From a virus (lineage: Duplodnaviria > Caudoviricetes): DNA of 29,447 nt. A program made the translations under genes and the position numbers. Below, piece by piece: positions 9,114-19,400 of this stretch. The notes under the pieces were generated by a model. That model searched no databases, was not told the DNA's origin, and saw nothing but the letters and a program-made list of their open reading frames with translations. The stretch is taken from the IMG/VR virus record IMGVR_UViG_3300030708_000696, positions 1-29,447 of that record; one strand, given 5' to 3'. The first letter of the stretch is position 1. Each line of letters opens with the position of its first letter.

Positions 9114-9793
9114 GCCACACTGCAACTGATATGATTAATACTCGTAACATTGCAGTAGATACTATTGGTGAATCCTGGGCCCAGCATTTGGGCTCAGAAT
9201 TCTCCAAACCATACATGGGTATAATATCTGCAACGCTTAAACGAGAAAGAATGACGCATACAATATATCCTGATCAGAAAGATGTATTCAATGCATACAT
9301 TCATACTCCTTATGACAAAGTTCGTGTCGTAATACTAGGCCAAGATCCGTATCACAATGGTGCGGCGGATGGTTTAGCATTTAGTAGTAAGAGGCCTAAT
9401 TTTATACCTCAATCACTACGTAATATATTTAAAGAGATTGGTTATGAATCTGTAAAAACCCCTAGTTTATATAGGTGGGCAGAACAAGGTGTGTTATTAC
9501 TTAACACTTGCCTTACAGTTCGTAAAGGAATGCCTAACTCACATTCTAAAATAGGATGGCAAGAGTTTACATTTAGGACTATACAATCTTTAAATGATAA
9601 AGATCATGTAATATTTATGTTATGGGGCTCGCATGCTCAGAAATATGATGAGTATATAGATCCTAAGCATACTGTGCTAAAATGTTCACACCCATCACCA
9701 TTCTCTGCTCACAGAGGATTCTTGGGTAGCGGACATTTTAAATGGATAAATGAATATTATAAAACTACAAACCAGCCTACTATAGACTGGTAA
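9110..9793 (+). CDS. ung: Uracil-DNA glycosylase, family 1
   Basis: Catalytic VVILGQDPYH, plus GLAFS, SLRNIFKE, WAEQGVLLLN..LTV, FMLWG, HPSPFS..GF.G..HF and terminal IDW. ATGA overlap with the rIIB stop. Confidence 0.96.
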   Translation: MSHTATDMINTRNIAVDTIGESWAQHLGSEFSKPYMGIISATLKRERMTHTIYPDQKDVFNAYIHTPYDKVRVVILGQDPYHNGAADGLAFSSKRPNFIPQSLRNIFKEIGYESVKTPSLYRWAEQGVLLLNTCLTVRKGMPNSHSKIGWQEFTFRTIQSLNDKDHVIFMLWGSHAQKYDEYIDPKHTVLKCSHPSPFSAHRGFLGSGHFKWINEYYKTTNQPTIDW

Positions 9794-9841
9794 GAGCTAG
9801 CGTGTGTTGTTGATTACTTGTTGTTGTTAGCTAGGTTAGAT

Positions 9842-9862
9842 AGAGGGGCTTTATGCCCCTCT
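9842..9862. terminator. Probable intrinsic terminator hairpin between the convergent modules
   Basis: Perfect 8-bp stem AGAGGGGC-TTTAT-GCCCCTCT between the stops of ung (9793) and the 146-aa gene (9867). U-tracts are weak on both strands. Confidence 0.7.
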
Positions 9863-9866
9863 TCTA

Positions 9867-10307
9867 TTAACTTGCTGATGCAATAAAGTATTCAACTTGC
9901 ACTGCAGCTGTATCTGCCTTAGCTTGTATCTCATCAATGTTTGCAAAAGATACATCACTACCAAAGCCTATTCCAGACTCTGCGTCCATAACATTGTTAC
10001 CAAGTATAAAATGGTCTTCTGCTTCTACTTTTACAAAGTATTCAAGTGAATTTGTTCTTATTCTTAAAGAAAGAAAATTACTTGCATCTAAATTAGTTAT
10101 GCGTAGATATTTTACAGTGCCATCTGCAAAAGTTCCTGCAGCGTTGGCTGCTGCAAATTTAATAATGTTAATCCAAGATGTTCCTACATCCATTATTCTG
10201 TGATCTACTTCATCGACAGTTACAGTTTGTGTATTTGTTGTACCTCTGTCAGTAGAACCGTCACCTAATGTAACGGCTTCAGTTACTGTTATTGTTAGTG
10301 TTGCCAT
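9867..10307 (-). CDS. Beta-strand-rich acidic protein (146 aa), possible virion structural/decoration protein
   Basis: Thr/Val/Ala-rich alternating pattern (MATLTITVTEAVTL; VKYLRITNLD..NF; VQVEYFIAS). Last gene of the virion-strand module. Function inferred only. Confidence 0.65.
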   Translation of the reverse strand: MATLTITVTEAVTLGDGSTDRGTTNTQTVTVDEVDHRIMDVGTSWINIIKFAAANAAGTFADGTVKYLRITNLDASNFLSLRIRTNSLEYFVKVEAEDHFILGNNVMDAESGIGFGSDVSFANIDEIQAKADTAAVQVEYFIASAS

Positions 10308-10443
10308 TGTCTATAATTATAAAAATTTGTATTAATCCTAAAAAAAATTGTATTTCATAATACGGTGCATACTCTTCAGGTTGGAAGTGTCGCACTCCAA
10401 ATAATAACCCTTTTGCCCATTGTATGCCAAACGTAAATGTCAT
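10279..10443 (-). CDS. Small hydrophobic protein (54 aa), absent from the ORF track
   Basis: Hand translation: MTFTFGIQWAKGLLFGVRHFQPEEYAPYYEIQFFLGLIQIFIIIDNGNTNNNSN*. Its ATG (10441-10443) overlaps the giant ORF's stop as TAATG, and it fills the apparent gap exactly. Confidence 0.65.
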   Translation of the reverse strand: MTFTFGIQWAKGLLFGVRHFQPEEYAPYYEIQFFLGLIQIFIIIDNGNTNNNSN

Positions 10444-13400
10444 TAGTCTTCGTCTTTAAAATATTCGTCTTCTATATAATCAGATAATCCATAAGATGTA
10501 TCTAAATCTTTTTCTGTTATTACAGTCCATTTGTATATCTGGTTTGTTAAAGGGAATACTTTACCCCATTTATACATTGGGTGATCTCCTCTGTAGTCAT
10601 CTTTTAGTATGTATCTTTGTGTACCATCAAATGCTCTTGTAACATCTGTTATTGTTTTAAGTGCAGGTGACGGATCTTTGAATACACTAATAAATGTAGC
10701 AGGATTTCTATAGTAACTTAAGTCTTGCTCTACTCTAAATAATATATTTAGTAGCGCTTTTAATGCTGGATCTGATAATGCTTCTTCATCATCAGTGTCA
10801 TCTGCTAGACCTTTTAACATTAATCCTAAAGCCATTATAGTTATCTGAGCTTTCATAGCTGCAAATGTTTTTCTTAAGTTTATTGCATCTAAATTGTCTT
10901 CTACACCACTCATTATACTATCAGTAGATTGTCTAGTAACACGTTTTAGTAATAGCTTCATCATAATTTTAGATGAGTTAACTATACCTACATCAAATAT
11001 ACTATTATATCTACCTTTTGTGTATCTACCTAGCTGATCATTCCACACTTTTTTACTATATCTCGTGTTAAACCCTTCAAAAGCCCATGTTCTAAAGATT
11101 GTAAATAATAAATTAAAGTCTTTACTTTTAACTTTAACTAGAGAGTTAGGATCATAGTTACCGTGTAATTTTTTATTCATCTCAATTGCAGCATCTCTAA
11201 ATTTAGTGTAAGAGTTTCTTGTAGTTGCTTCTAAGTTATTAAAATCCCATTCTTTTTGGTATCCAAACTCTTCTACATTCCATGTAGCATCTTTGTTAAA
11301 TGCTTCATATAAGTTACGCTCATTACCCTGAAGGTCTACAACTGTTGTATTTAACATCTTAGCTATAGCAGACATACCTTGCACTATAAATTCTGTAGAT
11401 TGTTGTATGTACATAGGAGAAAGTTTACCTAGCATTTTAAACTTTTTATCACCTCTTGCTGCTGGAGATCCGTATGTTATCTCACGCATTTCAAACAATA
11501 AGTTCATACGTTTCATGATAGCTGATGCTTTCGATGCAGATGGATTTACTGCAGAAGCCATTACTATTCTTAGAGCTTTACCTAGCTCTTTGCTTGTGTA
11601 ATCTTCTTCACCTGCAGCATGTATAGATGATGCTAGCATACCAAATCCAACGTTGGCAATACCAGCAGATAAGTTCCAACCTAACCCTTTTAGTTGTGTG
11701 TAACTTACAAACCCACGTATTAGTTTGTTAAAACTAAATGCTTTTATATTTAGTTCTTTAAACTCTGCTTCTAAAGCTTCCGCAGCTGTGTTAAACTGAG
11801 CCTTAGTAATTGTACCGTCGACTAGTTTATCATTTAACTCATCGTACTGTTTTTTCAATTCTTCCGCTCGCCGTTTCCTACTTAGTATATCCTTACTAAA
11901 GTTACCTGGCATCTCTAGACTTGTTTTACTAATTTTTTCTCTAGATCTACCATACATAATAGATTGCTGTGCATAGTCTAAAGCTTCTTGTATAACTTGT
12001 GGGCCAGATTTAATTGTAATGTTTTTATCAGAGCCCCAACGCTTAAACTTCTTACCTCTAGAATCTAGATAAGGTTTAGTTGCTTCTCTAACTGTACGCA
12101 TTAATATATCTATAAGCGGTTCTGCCTCTGATTTAAATTTATAATTCATAGCCATACCTGCAAACATAACCATAACACGCTCCATGTCAAAAGCTCTGTC
12201 TTCTATTTCTACATCTTCAGATCCTAAAAATCTTAAAGGCACTTTAGAAACAGGTACACCCCGCTCATCTAACTCTGCTTTTAATCCTTCACTTTCTCTA
12301 TTAAGTGTTAAAGTTTCGTCTGCAAATAGAGCGCCGTATAACTTTGTGTCTTTAGCTAAGTAAGATAGCGCAGCTATAGCTCCTCTATTCATATACTCTT
12401 CTAACAAATCTTTTTGTATTGTAGGGAAGAAGTTTTCCGACATTTCATTTACTGCAACTTCAGGTAGATAACTTTTGTATCTAGCCATACTGTCTGTCCA
12501 GAATAAATAAAAATCAGATAGCACATCATTATTTTCTATAATAGAAAACTCTTTATTAAAATACTCTGTTCTTTCAGGCCGTGGATATGTAATTGTATAC
12601 TTCCATCCTGCCGTTCCATAACCAATATTTATAGCTGTTGTGTTAAGTCTTTGATTTAGATATAGCTCTGGATTATTTTTATTTACCCATCTTTTATGTA
12701 TAGCTTCTGCTGTTTCTTGTAGTGTTAGTCCTATTGCAGGTTTTATAACACCTTCAGATAAATCTGTTGCAACTTTTCTTCTATGTGCTAACTCTTCTAA
12801 GTTATATCTTGACAAGCTGTTTTCTGCTTGGCCTATTAAATCTTGTGCAACACTTTCTCCAAATGTGTCATTTAGATACTGTATATATTGCTCTTTAGAT
12901 TTTAACTTACCAGCTTTATGGTCATCTTTTATCCAAAAACGTATGTCAATTACTTCTTCCATACTATTTTTAGTGTCATACAACTTTTTAAAAGACTCAA
13001 ATCTTTCTTGTCTTATCTGATCTACTGTTAATCTTGTAGATCCAACAATTCTTTCAAGCTCTTTTTTATGCGTACTATGTACTTTAGTTAAATCTTTGTA
13101 ATAAGATTCATTAAACTTAGATGCAAAATAACCAGTTTTGTTTCCATCTTTATCTTTTTGCAGGAATATGTCTTCTGATATATTTAACTTGCTAAGTTCT
13201 TCACGTAAATCTTTAAACTTCTTTTGTATATCTGTAACTTCATTTAGTGTGCTATCTTCTGCATTTCTTGCCACTGTTTTTAGTGCGCCATCAGCAGCTC
13301 TTGCTACAGGGTTTACAAATCCTGATGGATCTATAAAGTAACCTCTAAACCATCCTTCGTCTTGCATATCTAAGAATGCAGACATAGATTCATCTGTTAA

Positions 13401-16400
13401 TGGTTCTCCGCTAACTTGCTCTACATAATTTTTTACCCACTCTTTCATTTTAGCAGCCATAGTCAGCTCTACACTAGACGCTATATTACCTATGTCTTCG
13501 AATGTTTTTCTTGTTGGGTTATCTTTATCTTTAGCTTGATCTTCAGATAACAAGTGTTTAGTGTTTTTAAAACTCCAGATGTCTACCATTCTAGATGCGT
13601 CTGCCATCTCTTGTAGGGATAGTCTAGGTCTTTCTAAAATATTTTTAGCCCAGTCTAATTGACGCAATGCAACATCTTCTATTACATATGTATTGTTACC
13701 TTCTTTTAGTTTTTCAATATCATCTTTTAAAGAATCTATTTGAGAGTCAAGGTATATACGCTTTTCTACAGAAGTGGCTAGAGTTTTTCTACGCTGTAGA
13801 GCTTTAATTCTACCGTTAATACTCTGAACTACTTCGGCTATTTCTCCTTGCGCATTTACAGGCATGTCCATAGTGTCTGATACTATAGAAAAATCAGCTT
13901 GTCCAGTTTCTATTATCTCTTGTTCTACATCTTTTTTAAATGCCTCAATATCGCCATTGTATTTTTTCTTAAATGCTTCTGCTATTTCTTGTGTAGTGCC
14001 TTTTGACTGTAATTGTCTGTACCCAGCAAGTCGGCTCATAGCCACTGCTAGTACACTTTCAAATTCTGCTACTTCAGCTACACCTTTAAATTTAGCATCT
14101 TGCAGTTTATCTGTAGGAGTAGCTTGAGGCCCATTAACGATAACTTCTCCCGTAGGCATTCCTTTACTATCTAAAACCATTGTAGCGCCACCAATTATAC
14201 CCGCTAGCTCTCCTGTATCTTTTTCAGGTGTTCTAGGTTCTGGTATAGGGTCTTGCACTGTTTCATCTTGTATTTGTAAGAACATAAGCATTTCACTTAT
14301 TCCTACATCTAAAGCGCTACCTTCTTTTATATCAAATCCTAATTGCTTACCTAAAGCTAAGAAGTATTTCTTTACTGTATTTTTTATTTTTTCAAATAAA
14401 GTGCTGTCTTTTTGGTAAGGTATATTGTTTAAGAATTCTTGTAGATGTTTATTTTCTACCATTCCTGCCATCAACTCTACAACATTAGACAGTCCGTATG
14501 CTATTCTTTTTTTCCTATCTTTTTCTCTTTGTGTTCTTGCTTTTTGGTATTCTTCAGAAGATTCAAATTCTTTTTTTGCTTTTTCTAACAAAGCTTCCAT
14601 AGATCTTTTAAATCTTTTTGCTGCTGGTGATGTGTCTTCACCTTTTAAAGCAGGATTTGTAAAGTAATGTGTTGCTTCATGAAGCATTGTTTTTGCTACT
14701 CTGCTTGGTGTTGCCTTTACTAAATCAAGAGATCCTTGGTATATTTCTATTTTTTGAGTTGGGTTTGAGTAAGAACCTAGTATTATACCTCTATTTGTTC
14801 TTCTTATTTTATCTAATACCTCCACTCCTTTAAACGGTAAAGATTTGTATATACCTTTTGCTTTAAATAATCTTGCAAGTTCAGCTGCTCCCTCTTCTCC
14901 ATCATTAATAATGGTATCCATTAAAGCATCTAATTGATTATCATAGTTATCCTTTCTATTATTATAATCTTCTATAGGATCTGTGACAGTCATGCCAGGA
15001 GTGTCTTCATAAGCTTCTATAGGCACTTCATGCCAAGGCACACCTACAGGCGGAACACCATCTGGTATAGGGTCTTTAACGGTTTTAATTACTTTGTTAT
15101 CTTCTAGATAAGAGAATGTATTACCTGTGTGATCGTACTCTGTACCAAACTTATCGCCTTTTAAATCTATACGTTTAAAATATATACCCTTATCTACACT
15201 AGATTCTAAAGTAAATAAGTAGTATGTTTTACCTACTGGATAAGTTAAAAAGTTTTTATAGTATGCTTTTCCATCTGCTAAATACATAAAGTTTTCTAAA
15301 GCAGGTAAATCTTTAGCTTCGTCTATATTAGGTAAAACTAGTCCTGTAATAACTTTATTGTCCTCTTGAACAGTAACATGCTTACGTATCTTTTTATCTT
15401 TTATATTTATTTCTGTAGCATACCACGGATTATGTTGTATAACTTGAGTTAGGTAAGACATTACAGATGTAATACCTTCTTCTCTAAACATGTTATCACT
15501 AAGCTCTTTAGTTAGCCCTAAATTTTCTAACGCTCCGAATGGAATCATATTTAAATAAGATGATGCTTTTTGATTACCTCCATTTAAATATGCAGCTATA
15601 AGTAAATTTTTAGCAAACTCTTGGGCTTCTGCATTACCTAAAAATAAAGCAGTAAAACCTCTTTGCATTGCTATATTGTCTATATTACTAGACCAGTCCA
15701 TGCCTACAGCAGCTTTACCTTTATTTTTATTTGTAGAATAGTAAGGTGTTAAGGCCATAACAAACTCATTTGTTTTACCCCACTCTGTTTTTTGTGCCTC
15801 ACTAGTTTGCACTGCAATATTATTATCTTCTACAAATAATTTACGACGCAGCTCATAAAGACTATTAGCTTCTTTTCTTTCTTTTATAAATACTTGTTCT
15901 AATGCATAGCTCCATCCGTTAGATATAATACCATCGTATAGCAAGCCTGCTACAGTTTCATTAACTTCTGTAGATCCTGTATTATTTATAAATGTCTCTT
16001 CTATATCACGTATAAACGGTGTATCTGTAGGGTATACATTATTAAATAATGTAAATCCACTTTCTAGATACTTTGCTAAATTTGCATACTCTGTATTTGC
16101 TAAGCTTTTTAGCCCTGTAATACCAGAGTTAAGAGTATTTACACCTTTAACAAAGTCCATTTCACCCATATTAAATACATCATTAAATCTTTTAATATAA
16201 GACTTAGCAGATGCTATTGTAGATTGTAATCCACGTACACTAGGATCGTTAATGGCTTTTCTAGGTTTATTTAAAGTGTCAGAAAAAGCTTCGAACTTTT
16301 TAAACTTTTTAAATATTGCTATTTGTTTTTGATAATATTTAGCATCTTTTTCTATTCCAGAGTTAGGTGCACCTATTATCAATTCTTTTCTTAATGTTTT

Positions 16401-19400
16401 AGACTGAAACAGTACTTCAAAGTTTTCATTTGTTTGGTCTGAATACTCTTGCACTATAGCTTCTACTTCATTAATATCTTCTAGCTTAGCAAGCTTCTGA
16501 TATTTTTCCATTATGATTTTTTCAGCTTCGCTTTTACGCTCAAAAACATTTTTATCAGATAGACCCTGCACTATTTTATCTAGTTCTTTAGTATAGTCCC
16601 GCATAATTTCTTGCGGCATCATATACCCTGATATTTCTATAGGTACACCACCCATGTCCATAAATAAAGATGTAGGCAAAGTATCCATAGTAAAGTTTAG
16701 CTTACCTAGTGTAGGTTTGTTTGCATTATCTATGGCTGCATTTAGTTTTATATTTATTACATCTGACGATGTTCTAAAAAACTTTTTACCTTTTTTGTAG
16801 TATACACTTTTATTTTCGCCTGACAGATCGCTAAACCTAAGTGGTTTATATTGTCCTTTTCTAGGGCCGCTTGCATAAGTTTCCTCTGTAAATAATCCTA
16901 GTATCTCAAAGTTTTTTATTGTTGTTTTTTTACCAGATTTTTTAAGAGTAGCTAAGTGTATATTTTTACCTTCAAATATTGCGTTTAAAGTGTTTGCCTG
17001 TGCACCAGGGCCAATTAAAACTTGCCCTGCTCTCTGTGATATGTTGTCTCTAATTTGATCTACTCTACTTATAGCAGTTCTTGGGCGAACATTTGCATTT
17101 AGTATTTTATCTACATCTTCTGCAATATTTTCTAAAGCAGGGTCATCGATACCTTTTGACATTTTATCAAAAGCTTTTTTATTTGTAGTAGTTATAGACC
17201 AAAATATATCACGCAATCCATCTAATAGACGCATTTCATCTGTAAATTTATTTGGATTTTTTACTCTATCTCTTCTGTAAACACCTTTTATATTGTTGTT
17301 TGTATCTTTAGTTACAATATATTGTGCTATAATAGAGTTTAGTGTATCGACATCAAAGTCACTACCCATTTGCGGTAACATCTCGTCAGGCACAATAGCA
17401 GTTATTTCCATATTTTTAGGTAAGAATCCTACTATTTCTAGCGGCATTTCTGATGCTAAGTTTTGATATGGTATACGATAACCTATCATTTGCCTTACTT
17501 CTTTAGGTACAGTATTAGGATTTAAGAATAGTCTACCATTTTTTTCAAACAAGAATATATAATTACCTGAACTATCTTTATCCATTATATCTAGCTCATT
17601 ACCGTCTTCGTCTTTATAGAAAAACTTAACCATAATTTGACCAGGTATAGCTTCACCTTTTTTGTCATCCCATCTAGGCCCTTGTAATCCTTTAGTTTCA
17701 TCAAAACTTGTGGTTGTAATAACTTGGTTACGCATAGATCCTTCTACTTCAGACCATGCTGCTGTAGATTTAAATCCTGCAGAGGACGATTGTACATATG
17801 TAATACCAGGTATTTTTATGTCAGCTATTTTATTTACAACACTTAACATAAGTCCTTCTAGCATTCTTCTAGATTGTATAAAAGGTAGAGGTATAAGTGT
17901 TCCTGAACCATCTTCTTTAAGTTCTAAAGAAAATATATCATTTATATTCCAGTTTCTAGCTTCTGCTTCTTGTTTTAACGCTGATACAAGTTCTTTTAAC
18001 TGTACTTCTGTTCCGTCAACAGCTAATATTTCTTTGCCTTCTTCAGTCTGTATATTACCAAATCTTTTTAAAACTTTATCATGTTTTATTTTGTATATAA
18101 GACTTATAATCTCTTCTTTTGTTTTTCTTAAATCTTCTCCTAGTATCTCTTTACCATTAACTTTAAACTTCTCTTCTAGCAATCCTGCAAACATTACTTT
18201 TGATTTTTGCGTAGATAGAGCAATAAGCTGTTGAGGTTTTACATTTTTTTCTTGTTGTATACCTAACCCATCTCTATATAATGTAAATATACCGTTGTCT
18301 TCTATATTAGATATTAGCTGATCTACAGATAGTATATCGCCATTAGCGTCGTAAGCATCTATAGATTTATAAGGAGATAATTTATCTGACGTTTTATGTC
18401 CTGCTCTAGCTACTCCAGTAATTTCCATAGCTATACGTAGGTTGTCTAGTTGGAAATCACTAGTCATGTCAGGTAAAAGAGGTATAGACATTGATTTTCT
18501 ATATACTCTAGATAATCTTCCTGTTTTAGGGTCAGGGTGCATAAAGTCGTACTGTGGTTTTACAGGACGTAATGCAAACGCCATCTCTTCTTCTGTAAGC
18601 TCGTAATAATTATTTGTATTACTTTCGTCTTTTATTGCGTTATCTATTTTATTAGATATAGAATCATAAACTTCTTTTTCTATTTGTCCAAAGAAATTTA
18701 ACATATCTATGTGCTCTTGTACGGTTGTAAGCTCTAAGGCATCCGTACTTTCTATAATTTTATTTGTAGGACTACCATAAGGGCTTCCTGTGCCAAATAA
18801 TTTATCATAGTATTTGTAAGAGTTAGAATAACTTAATCTATCATTTAATGTTATTGCTGTATACTCACGTTTTTTATAGTTACCTTGTATTTTAGGTGCA
18901 TCTGTACCTATCAAACGTTTTTGGTTATTTGATCTTCCAGACTGTATTTTATCAGCTGCCGTAGCACCTTTACTAGTATATGCTTCTGCTATGTCGCCTC
19001 CAAATAAAATTTGCTGTTCTATATTAGATATTATATAGTTTAACTCTAAGTCTCCAATAGCCATTGCAGTTTTAGTTTCAGCATTAGTATCTTTACCTAA
19101 AGAAGCCATGTAAGATTTATCAAACTTGTCTGTTAGATTTAATTCTGTGAATTCTGCTATAGATTCATTTATAATACTTGTAGCAAATTCATTAATGGCT
19201 TTTCTTAATATAGGTTCTGCAGCTACAATATCTATTTTAGGTATACCATCAAAACTTTCTGCTGGGTATACTGTATTTACTTCTTCTTCTGTAAAAGACT
19301 TTTCTAACTCATGTTTATTTAAGAAAGGGAAGAAATGGAAATACTGTGATCCTTCTCTATATTTTTTGTCATCTTGCAAATATGTAGGGTCAGAATCAAG

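Noticed and set aside
1367-9187. Short alternative ORFs in the replication module (e.g. minus-strand 1367-1714, 1715-2092, 6836-7183, 8111-8482; plus-strand 3313-3522)
   Set aside because: They lie antisense to or out of frame within genes with clear motifs and have no recognisable features of their own.
1-9793. Inteins, self-splicing introns or homing endonucleases in replication genes
   Set aside because: The visible helicase part, primase and nuclease are of ordinary length with contiguous motifs; I saw no LAGLIDADG, HNH or intein splice motifs.
10337-10350. T8 run (CAA TTT TTT TTA) in the 54-aa ORF as a programmed frameshift into the 146-aa gene
   Set aside because: The frame of the 146-aa gene has TAG and TAA stops right after the run, and the other frame stops shortly after without joining it.
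10364-10398. Imperfect hairpin (GTGC...CTTC/GAAG...GCAC) suggesting a tRNA or ncRNA
   Set aside because: No cloverleaf, T-loop or CCA; the stem is bulged and lies inside the 54-aa ORF.
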